NCBI GenBank assembly: GCA_963677925.2
Contig: CAXXYH010000004.1
Location: 992,001 to 1,056,000 of the forward strand
DNA from: Spirochaetia bacterium
GTDB taxonomy: Bacteria; Spirochaetota; Spirochaetia; UBA9216
Direction: 5' to 3'
DNA length: 64,000 bases
Of this stretch, positions 1 to 7,450 are shown in pieces (within the stretch, counting starts at the first letter, position 1; every line of letters starts with the position of its first letter). The translations under genes were made by a program, and so were the position numbers. The notes below the pieces were generated by a model. The model did not search any database and was not told the origin of the DNA. It was given only the letters and a program-made list of their open reading frames with translations.

Positions 1-348
1 AACTCTTCCGACACAACAGTAACCGATTACTATGCCCCGTCCAATGTTATCGAGGCAAAGGGCATCCTTCGTGCCGTTCTGACTGCGCCTTCCTCCGACT
101 GGAGTCAGGCGTTTGAAGGGGCGCTTTGGGGAAGTGCAGGCGGATACTGGTCCGGAGCAGGAAGCAGTGATGTATCATCAAATTTCAAGGCTGAGGGAGG
201 AGCGGTTCTGACGTGGGTGAAAAACGGAACCTCATATTACCTTAATCTGGGTACCATGGGAACCTTCAGCGGAGGCGGGAATACCTACTGGGAAATGAGC
301 GTTCTGCTTGGCAGTAATATTACAATGCCGCAGCTTCTTGCACGATGA
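1..348 (+). CDS. 3' end of a hypothetical protein, possibly exported or outer-membrane (partial, runs off the window start)
   Basis: Frame 1 is open from base 1 to TGA at 346-348 (NSSDTTVTDYY...WEMSVLLGSNITMPQLLAR). Gly/Trp/aromatic-rich. Not in the ORF track. Confidence 0.7.
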   Translation, partial: NSSDTTVTDYYAPSNVIEAKGILRAVLTAPSSDWSQAFEGALWGSAGGYWSGAGSSDVSSNFKAEGGAVLTWVKNGTSYYLNLGTMGTFSGGGNTYWEMSVLLGSNITMPQLLAR

Positions 349-351
349 TTT

Positions 352-1188
352 TTATTTCTCTAATCCGAACAGCGACCCGCATTCTATGAAGAGTTTGTCA
401 GCAGTCAGGCTGGAATAGAAATCGTTCCGGTAGTAATGCAGATCTTCATTCTTCATGTTGAGTCTCAGCATGAAGGCCTGAAGAGCCTCTTCGGGAGGTT
501 CTTCTTTTGAAAAATCCTCGTAAAAGCCTGATATTATATCTGCTGCCGATACTATAAGTATAAGGGTTTTGTGGGGTGAAGTGATATTATATGTCCCATG
601 CTCCATTGCTGTGTCCACGTATACTTCAGGGAAAGACCATGCATTAAGCACAGCTCCGCCAATTTCCTTGTGATCTGTGTGGTAGATCGTCCTCTCCGAT
701 TCTGTGTCGGTGATTCTGTAAAAAAGTTCAGAATCTGCCTTATAAAGAGGAACCTTGCCGATATCGTGAAGCAGCCCTGCAAGAAATATCTCGTCGCTGA
801 GGCGTTTAAACCCGGTCCTTAGTGCAATATTCTGTGAAATGAAAGCCGTCAGAATTGAATGTTTCCAGAAACTCTTGAAGAACTCCTTGCTGTTGTCCTT
901 TTTGAACATGTTGGATGCGGAAACAAGGAATACCAGACTTTTAATTGTCTTGAACCCGAGGAGTGTTATTGCCGCCTGAAGTGAAGTCACTTCCTTCTGT
1001 CTGGCGTACATCGCTGAATTGGCTACTTTTAAAATCTTTGTCGTAAGACCCGGGTCAACTTTTATCAAATTCTCAAGTTCTTTGAAGGATATATTTATAT
1101 TATCTTCAGGTATGCTGATAATTTTTGCTGCAATGTCGGGCATGACCGGCAGGGCGGACATGTATTTTGTAAAGGTTTCCATGATCAT
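352..1188 (-). CDS. HDOD domain signal-transduction protein
   Basis: LPVMP, DPGLTTKILKVANS, AITLLG, FWKHS and AGLLHDIGK motifs. Confidence 0.9.
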   Translation of the reverse strand: MIMETFTKYMSALPVMPDIAAKIISIPEDNINISFKELENLIKVDPGLTTKILKVANSAMYARQKEVTSLQAAITLLGFKTIKSLVFLVSASNMFKKDNSKEFFKSFWKHSILTAFISQNIALRTGFKRLSDEIFLAGLLHDIGKVPLYKADSELFYRITDTESERTIYHTDHKEIGGAVLNAWSFPEVYVDTAMEHGTYNITSPHKTLILIVSAADIISGFYEDFSKEEPPEEALQAFMLRLNMKNEDLHYYRNDFYSSLTADKLFIECGSLFGLEK

Positions 1189-1220
1189 ATAGTCGGTAGT
1201 ATATATAAAAATTGTTAATT

Positions 1221-1260
1221 AAAAAAGAACCGCCGGAGAGTCACTTTCCGGCGGTTCTTT
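1221..1260 (-). terminator. Intrinsic terminator of the DUF2089 operon
   Basis: AAAGAACCGCCGGAGAG-TCA-CTTTCCGGCGGTTCTTT hairpin; the A-run at 1221 gives the U-tract on the minus strand. Confidence 0.85.
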
Positions 1261-1279
1261 ATGGAAACGTATCAGCTGT

Positions 1280-1705
1280 TTATCTGCAGTAAACCTTGAC
1301 TGTTGAGTCGTCTGAATCAACATCTACTGTAAGCTGTTCAAGTGCACTAAGAATATCCTGCACATTTTCGGGTTTGATGTCGTTCAGATTGAAGTTCATC
1401 CCCTTATCTGCCATTGACGTGTTTATCTTGTCCTGGACATCTTCCGGTATCAGTCCCATGATATTCAGTCCGGCTTTAAGCAGGGCAAACGGTACTTTGA
1501 CAGAAACCCTGTCGGATGATTTTCCGTCCTTTGGATCAACCTGGACGTAAAGAAATTTGCTCTCCAGGGAACTCAGCAGATCTGCTGTTCCGGAGCCGGT
1601 CGGTTCTTCGGTTTTTTCCACCGCATTCAGCAGCTTTTCTGCTTCTTCTGCGCTGATCTTGCCTTCTGCAAGCATATTAAGAATTTTCATTTTATCATCA
1701 GCCAT
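1280..1705 (-). CDS. SHOCT-like (YvlB N-terminal type) domain protein
   Basis: N-terminal KILNMLAEGKISAEEAEKLLNA; C-terminal V-x-V-K-V-P segment typical of DUF2089 partners. Confidence 0.75.
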   Translation of the reverse strand: MADDKMKILNMLAEGKISAEEAEKLLNAVEKTEEPTGSGTADLLSSLESKFLYVQVDPKDGKSSDRVSVKVPFALLKAGLNIMGLIPEDVQDKINTSMADKGMNFNLNDIKPENVQDILSALEQLTVDVDSDDSTVKVYCR

Positions 1706-1719
1706 ATTATCCTCCGTAA

Positions 1720-1992
1720 TTACCTTATATATAGTGTTACATTCGATTTATCCGAATGGGCTATTATTTCGGTTCCTCTTGCTGCAGCTAAAATTTGAGG
1801 AAGCCGAAATACAATCTTCATATATATTCCTGCCTGCGATGCTGTGTTTCCGCTTGCGGCGATAAAGATGTAGATTATGCCGCAGATTAAATATGCCGGA
1901 AGCAGCAGTATATAAATAATGATCAGCGGTATGAAAAGGCTGAATGAAGTATTTTCATCCCTGATTTTCAGTCTTAACAGCATCGGCAGCAT
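1720..1992 (-). CDS. Small membrane protein
   Basis: 90 aa with a hydrophobic core (LFIPLIIIYILLLP); start abuts the DUF2089 stop. Confidence 0.7.
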   Translation of the reverse strand: MLPMLLRLKIRDENTSFSLFIPLIIIYILLLPAYLICGIIYIFIAASGNTASQAGIYMKIVFRLPQILAAARGTEIIAHSDKSNVTLYIR

Positions 1993-2357
1993 TATTCGAG
2001 CTCCTTCAGTGCATCATTTACATCTATTTCACCGCGTTCAAGTTTTTCAATAACGCTTGAAACACTTGCCTTTATATCAACGGAGATGTCAACAAGTCCA
2101 ATTTTTGATGCAATCTGGTTAAGTCGGTTTTTGACTGTAGGGTATGAGATTCCGAATATGCTCTCCATCTGTTTGATTGATCCGTGGGTTTTAATGAAGG
2201 CCGCAACGAATATCTGCTCCTCCATGCTCAGCCTTCCCAGCGGCGGCAGTTCGAACTCTCCCTCAATGTCTATCTGATCTGAGGGCACCCTCACTTTTTT
2301 TATTATGAACTCTTTTCCGCCTGTCATAGCGTCGAGTTTTTTCCAGCTGTGGATCAT
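1992..2357 (-). CDS. DUF2089 family HTH protein
   Basis: IEGEFELP..L..EEQIFV..F....GSIKQME..FGISYPTVKNRL plus a C-terminal SHOCT-like tail. Start moved to ATG 2357 (GGAGG RBS at 2364-2368). Confidence 0.85.
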   Translation of the reverse strand: MIHSWKKLDAMTGGKEFIIKKVRVPSDQIDIEGEFELPPLGRLSMEEQIFVAAFIKTHGSIKQMESIFGISYPTVKNRLNQIASKIGLVDISVDIKASVSSVIEKLERGEIDVNDALKELE

Positions 2358-2377
2358 CTTAATCCTCCGATGTTTTA

Positions 2378-2406
2378 AATATAGCACTGCAATATGTTAA
2401 AATCAA
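2378..2406 (-). promoter_or_regulatory. sigma70-type promoter of the DUF2089 operon
   Basis: TTGATT-17 bp-TATATT with an extended TGn on the minus strand. Confidence 0.55.
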
Positions 2407-2547
2407 TAAAAATGTTTATAAAAATTGAAAATATTAATATAGAAGAGGAAATAAATTAAATATATTAATATATAGCCTCTAATAATGCAGGGCCAAGGTC
2501 TGATTTTCCTGAATTTTACAATTTTACCGGTAACTTTCATTTTTGGA

Positions 2548-2577
2548 TTGACGTTTAGTATTAAAAAGTATTACCCT
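2548..2577 (+). promoter_or_regulatory. Promoter and putative operator of the RHH-znuACB operon
   Basis: TTGACG at 2548-2553 and a weak -10 (TACCCT, 2572-2577). AGTATTA direct repeats at 2557 and 2567. Confidence 0.5.
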
Positions 2578-2586
2578 TGATGCAAT

Positions 2587-2835
2587 ATGAAAGAACAGGT
2601 TGTTACATTTAAAGCTGATCCGGAGCTTGTTAAAGCTCTAAACAGCATACCCAATAAATCAGAGTTTATAAGAAATTCGATCAGGGAAGCTCTCGGGAAT
2701 AAATGTCCGCTCTGCAACGGTTCAGGAACGCTGAGTGAAATGCAGAAACAGCACTGGGATGATTTCATGACGCATCACAAGCTGGAAGAATGCAATGAAT
2801 GCCATCAGGTTCATATTAAATGTGAATTGGAATAA
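2587..2835 (+). CDS. Ribbon-helix-helix (CopG/MetJ-like) regulator with a Cys/His metal-binding tail
   Basis: VVTFKAD beta strand and NKSEFIRNSIREAL helix B, then CPLC, HW, HH, CNECH and HIKC. Confidence 0.75.
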   Translation: MKEQVVTFKADPELVKALNSIPNKSEFIRNSIREALGNKCPLCNGSGTLSEMQKQHWDDFMTHHKLEECNECHQVHIKCELE

Positions 2836-2847
2836 ATGGAGAATAGA

Positions 2848-3756
2848 ATGAAACAGTTGACCGTATTAATGCTGTCACTATCAATATTTGCTCTGGCTGT
2901 TTTTCCTGTGTTTTCATCGGGGAGATCAGAAGAGCCGGAAAACGGTACGGGCTATTCAGTTTTTGTAAGTATTCCGCCGCAAAAGTATTTTGTTGAAAAA
3001 ATTGGCGGTGATCATGTTTCTGTAAGAACGATGGTTCTTCCAGGCCGCAGTCCTGCAACCTATGATCCCAGTCCTTCCCAGGTTATTGCGCTTGGTAAAA
3101 GCCGGGTTTTTTTTACGATTGGTGTAGCCTTTGAGGCTGCATTTCTTCCGGGTATCAGGGATAAGGCGGATAGTCTTCTTATAGTCGATACATCTGAAGG
3201 TATTAAGAAAAGGATGCTGGAGCATCATTTACATGAGGGTGAAGATGACGGGCATGATGAGGATGAGGGTGAAACAATAGACCCTCATGTCTGGATGTCG
3301 CCGGTTTTGGTAATGAAACAGGCTGAGACAATTTACAGGACCCTGGTTTCATTAGATCCGGAAAATGAAGCCGATTATGCAGCCGGGTACAATGAACTTA
3401 TCAGTGAGCTGGAAAATCTTGACTCGGTGCTTGAACTTGACCTGGCTCCCTTTAGAGGGAAAACTCTTTTTGTTTTTCACCCTTCATTTGGATATTTTAC
3501 CGATCGTTACGGTATGCGGCAGTTAGCGATAGAGACAGGCGGCAAGGAGCCTTCTGCAGCGGAGCTTGAAGAAGTTATCGGGCATGCCCGAGAGAACGAT
3601 GTAAAGATAGTTTTTGTACAGCCGGAGTTCTCAAGGCAGAGTGCTGATGCAATTGCCAGGGCTGTCGGGGGTATGGTTATAGTTCTTAATCCGCTTGCAG
3701 AGGATTATATTGATAATATGTATATGATTTCAGAAAATGTCAGGAAGGCATACTGA
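2848..3756 (+). CDS. znuA: Zinc ABC transporter substrate-binding protein
   Basis: Signal peptide, SIPPQ, SPATYDPS, His/acidic loop HHLHEGEDDGHDEDE, DPHVWMSP, FHPSFGYF. Start is 2848 (GGAG RBS) or 2836. Confidence 0.9.
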   Translation: MKQLTVLMLSLSIFALAVFPVFSSGRSEEPENGTGYSVFVSIPPQKYFVEKIGGDHVSVRTMVLPGRSPATYDPSPSQVIALGKSRVFFTIGVAFEAAFLPGIRDKADSLLIVDTSEGIKKRMLEHHLHEGEDDGHDEDEGETIDPHVWMSPVLVMKQAETIYRTLVSLDPENEADYAAGYNELISELENLDSVLELDLAPFRGKTLFVFHPSFGYFTDRYGMRQLAIETGGKEPSAAELEEVIGHARENDVKIVFVQPEFSRQSADAIARAVGGMVIVLNPLAEDYIDNMYMISENVRKAY

Positions 3757-4502
3757 TGGCGGATCCTATGACCGAGCTGCTTAAGGCTGACGATATAACA
3801 TTCGGCTATGATGTTCATCCAGTTATTGAGAACGCAAGTTTCAGTATCAATAAAAATGATATCATAACCATAATCGGTCCCAACGGCGGGGGAAAGACTA
3901 CACTGCTAAGACTTCTGATGGGGCAGCTTAAACCCCAGAAGGGGAATGTCAGAATAAACGGAGATCGGACCAGATTTTTCGGTTATGTGCCGCAGCATTC
4001 CGAGCTTGATCCCTCATACCCTGTTACAGTCAGGGAAGTGGTTCTTTCGGGCAGAATAAAGAGTTTTGGTTTCTATTCCAGGGCAGATAAGGACGCTGCA
4101 GAAGCCTGCCTTCAGCAAGTCGGTCTGGACGGGCTTGGGGGGCGTACGTTTTTTGAACTTTCCGGCGGTCAGCGCCAAAGAGTTCTTATAGCCAGGGCTC
4201 TTGCATCAAGTCCCGAGGTTCTGCTTGCTGATGAGCCTACAGCCAATATTGATACGGATGCAGAGAAGCAGCTTTCCGATCTGCTTCAAAGGCTGAGCAG
4301 TGAGCTTACCATCGTTCTTGTTACCCATGATCTGGGATTTGTTTCAGATATTACAAGCAGGGTTCTATGTGTAAACCGGCGTGTGGTTGAGCATCCGGTT
4401 GAAGAAGTTGATGAAGAGTTGATAAGCGCTTCCTACGGAAGGCAGATGAAGGTTGTAAGGCATGATCATCTTTTGGAAAAAGAGAGGCCGGTAAGTGAGT
4501 GA
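3756..4502 (+). CDS. znuC: Metal ABC transporter ATPase
   Basis: GPNGGGKTT, GYVPQ, LSGGQRQR, DEPT, VTHD. Confidence 0.9.
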   Translation: MADPMTELLKADDITFGYDVHPVIENASFSINKNDIITIIGPNGGGKTTLLRLLMGQLKPQKGNVRINGDRTRFFGYVPQHSELDPSYPVTVREVVLSGRIKSFGFYSRADKDAAEACLQQVGLDGLGGRTFFELSGGQRQRVLIARALASSPEVLLADEPTANIDTDAEKQLSDLLQRLSSELTIVLVTHDLGFVSDITSRVLCVNRRVVEHPVEEVDEELISASYGRQMKVVRHDHLLEKERPVSE

Positions 4503-5358
4503 TTTTATAGCGGCATTGTTCAACCCGGATGTTCCCTTTATAAGAATGGCCTTTCTTGCAGGTATAATCGGAAGTATTCCATTCGGTTTCATCGGCAGCT
4601 TTGTCGTTGTGAGAAAGATGAGTTCGGTTGCCGGCGCAGTAAGCCATTCTATCCTCGGCGGTATCGGCCTTGCGCTGTATATGAGTACGGTGCTGGGAGT
4701 TGTCTGGCTGACTCCTACAATAGGGGCTTTTGCATTTGCTCTTATTGCCGCCGGAATTCTCAGTGCAGTAATGACCTTCGGGAAAGAGAGGCTCGATACG
4801 GTTATCGGAGCTGTATGGGCTGTCGGTATGTCGCTGGGACTGCTGTTTATTGCTAAAACTCCCGGCTATATCGACCCCATGAGTTACCTTTTTGGAAATA
4901 TACTGTTAATCAGCAGCGGTGAGCTGCTTACCATAGCGATCTTCTCTCTGGTTGTGCTTGCTGCGGGAATCGTGTTTTACCCCCAGCTTCAGGCTGTTTC
5001 CTTTGATGCTGAGTTTGCTCAGACAAGAGGGCTGAATATCAGAGTCTATCAGACAATAATTCTTATCCTAATCAGTGTTACCGTTGTCCTTATGGTCTCA
5101 CTTGTAGGGACTGTGATGGTTATAGCTTTTCTCACCATTCCGCCTGCAATGGCTTCTGTGTTTTCAAGAAGGCTGTCTGGAATGATATTGTACTCTATTC
5201 TGTTTTCAATCATTCTGTCGATAACCGGTCTGGTGGTTAGTTATCAGCTTGATATGGCTACCGGTTCTGTTACCATTATTCTTGCCGCAGCGGCATATAT
5301 TTTATTAAGAGTATTTAAGATTATTTTTGACAGAATCAGGATGAAGGCTTCTAAATAA
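4495..5358 (+). CDS. znuB: Metal ABC transporter permease (ABC-3)
   Basis: GSFVVVRKMS, SHSILGG, SYLFGNIL; multiple TM helices. Confidence 0.9.
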   Translation: MSDFIAALFNPDVPFIRMAFLAGIIGSIPFGFIGSFVVVRKMSSVAGAVSHSILGGIGLALYMSTVLGVVWLTPTIGAFAFALIAAGILSAVMTFGKERLDTVIGAVWAVGMSLGLLFIAKTPGYIDPMSYLFGNILLISSGELLTIAIFSLVVLAAGIVFYPQLQAVSFDAEFAQTRGLNIRVYQTIILILISVTVVLMVSLVGTVMVIAFLTIPPAMASVFSRRLSGMILYSILFSIILSITGLVVSYQLDMATGSVTIILAAAAYILLRVFKIIFDRIRMKASK

Positions 5359-5563
5359 GACCTTCATCCATAGCAAGTTCAAATTCGTCCTGGTAATCAT
5401 CCTGAAATTCTTCCAGATCGTCCAGCAGGACACTTTCCATACTTAGATCCTCGTAATCAGAGTCGATTTCCATTTCTTTGACAGCTCTTTGAGCATCTGT
5501 TTTTGATTGATAAACGTAGATCGGGAACCCCGACTCATAAACAAACCACAATTTCTCAGCCAT
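5351..5563 (-). CDS. Small acidic hypothetical protein (70 aa)
   Basis: ATG at 5563 preceded by GGGAG; sequence MAEKLWFVYE...DEGLI. Confidence 0.6.
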   Translation of the reverse strand: MAEKLWFVYESGFPIYVYQSKTDAQRAVKEMEIDSDYEDLSMESVLLDDLEEFQDDYQDEFELAMDEGLI

Positions 5564-5677
5564 GTTGTGGTACTCCCATAACCTGAATAAATAACATAAA
5601 CAAGCAGCGTTAGCATAAAGGGTCCGTCTGTCTGAGGCATACAACCTGATTCTAATTTAATCTTTTTTCCCGATTTG

Positions 5678-7108
5678 TCAATATTTCAGCGGAATCTTAA
5701 TCTCAATACAGGTTCCATCCGTATTTGTGATTTTAATTTCGCCGTTAAGCTGTCTGGTGATATTTCTGATCAGAATTATTCCGAGGCTTGATTCTTTTCC
5801 GTTTAGGTATTCCTCAGGAATACCGGAGCCGTTGTCGCATATCTTCAGTGTCAGTCCCGTTTCGGATTTTTTGACTACGATTTTTATCTCCGGATTATCC
5901 TGACTAACAGCGTATTTTATGCTGTTAGTCACGATCTCGGTAATTATCATTCCCAGATGAACCGTGTAGTCGATATCAAGCTCAATATTCTCAATATTTT
6001 CGCTGAGTTTAATATGAACTGTTTCGTCAAAGCTTTTGATTATCTGGACCGCCAGTTCGTGAATGTAGGTCTGAAGATTTACGGTTGAGAGCCTGTCGTT
6101 AAGGTATAGTTTTTTATGTATAAGATTCATGGACTCAATTCGATTCACACTGTCCAGGATTATCTTTTTAACGCTTTCATCTGAGGTTTTATTAATCTGA
6201 AGGCTCAGCAGTGAGATAATGGTTTGCAGGTTGTTTTTTACACGATGATGTATCTCTTTTATGAGGTAGTTTCTCTCCTCAATGGTTTTTTTCAGCTCCC
6301 TGTTGCTGGCGCTCAGTGCATCAGTCATTTCGGCAAAATGATATACCAGCTTTCCTGCATCTGAATTTTCCCGGTATCCGGATGTATCTATAAAAAAATC
6401 TTCATTAGCGGGATTAAGGCTCATGTACTGATATTTAGCTGTGATGTAGCGGACAGCTTCGAGGATGGGGATTAGTAAAAATCCGCCGATCAGTGATACG
6501 GCAAAGATGAGGCTTATGAGAATGACCGCAGATAATGATGTGAATCGTGAAACTATACTTTTAATGTCGCTGAGGTACATTCCGGTTCCGATGTAGCAGT
6601 TAAATTCCGGAAGACCGTAAACGTAGGAGAGTTTGTCCTGCATTGTTCCACCCTCAGGAGTATAGTATTTGTAGCCGAAAAAACCGGAGCCGCCCCGGGC
6701 TGTTTCTATCAGTTCCCTAATTATGAAAACACCATCCGGATCAATTAGATCAAGCTGGTTTGTGCCGACAAGTTCCGGTTGAAAGGGCTGAACCAGCATT
6801 GTGCCGTCATAAGCGCTCATGAAAATATAATTTTTACCCATAGCTTCATCGTAAGCAAGTCTGCTGACCCGTCTTTGTACTATGCTTAGAGCTTCATCAT
6901 ATTCAATTTTACCATTTGCGTAATCGATCCGGATGTCATTTATGCTGTTAAGAGCAAGAGATACAAGGGTTTTCAGTTCCTGCTTTCTGAATTCCATCAT
7001 CGATTTTTCAAAAAGCCTGCCTTGAAGTATTATAGTGCAGGTTATTGCTGCAAGAAGAAGGAAAATGAGTAAAAATATTTTCTGAATAATGCCTGTAAGC
7101 TTTTTCAT
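5678..7108 (-). CDS. Sensor histidine kinase with single Cache (sCache_2) domain, HisKA_2 type
   Basis: TM-Cache (YIF..YDGTMLVQP..PELVG, GTGMY)-TM; EIHHRVKNNLQ, EIVTNSIKYA, DNGSG, SLG. Confidence 0.9.
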   Translation of the reverse strand: MKKLTGIIQKIFLLIFLLLAAITCTIILQGRLFEKSMMEFRKQELKTLVSLALNSINDIRIDYANGKIEYDEALSIVQRRVSRLAYDEAMGKNYIFMSAYDGTMLVQPFQPELVGTNQLDLIDPDGVFIIRELIETARGGSGFFGYKYYTPEGGTMQDKLSYVYGLPEFNCYIGTGMYLSDIKSIVSRFTSLSAVILISLIFAVSLIGGFLLIPILEAVRYITAKYQYMSLNPANEDFFIDTSGYRENSDAGKLVYHFAEMTDALSASNRELKKTIEERNYLIKEIHHRVKNNLQTIISLLSLQINKTSDESVKKIILDSVNRIESMNLIHKKLYLNDRLSTVNLQTYIHELAVQIIKSFDETVHIKLSENIENIELDIDYTVHLGMIITEIVTNSIKYAVSQDNPEIKIVVKKSETGLTLKICDNGSGIPEEYLNGKESSLGIILIRNITRQLNGEIKITNTDGTCIEIKIPLKY

Positions 7109-7257
7109 CTTCCCGGGATCCTTTGCATAAGCTGATTTTTCTCTGTTTTTTTTGAAGTATCGGTTAATATAACATGATTTCAGCTAAATTTATATAAAAA
7201 CTTTGTTCGACATTTGCAGCCTGATTTATTAGAATAAGGTATATCAAGGAGAGTATT

Positions 7258-7419
7258 ATGCAAAAAGAGATTACCATCAAAGAATTTTCCGATGAGCTTG
7301 TTCAGAGGATAGACGGCTCAAAGGGCATTGACTGCTGCAAGGAAGAGATTAAAAAACTTGCCGAGATGGCTGCAAAATCCATGCCCGGCGAAAAGATTCT
7401 TGTAACCTGGAAAGACTGA
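7258..7419 (+). CDS. Small hypothetical protein (53 aa)
   Basis: AAGGAGAG RBS then MQKEITIKEFSDELVQRIDGSKGIDCCKEEIKKLAEMAAKSMPGEKILVTWKD*. Below the ORF-track cutoff. Confidence 0.65.
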   Translation: MQKEITIKEFSDELVQRIDGSKGIDCCKEEIKKLAEMAAKSMPGEKILVTWKD

Positions 7420-7450
7420 CGGTATTCAGTCTGAATATCTAAAGAGTTTA

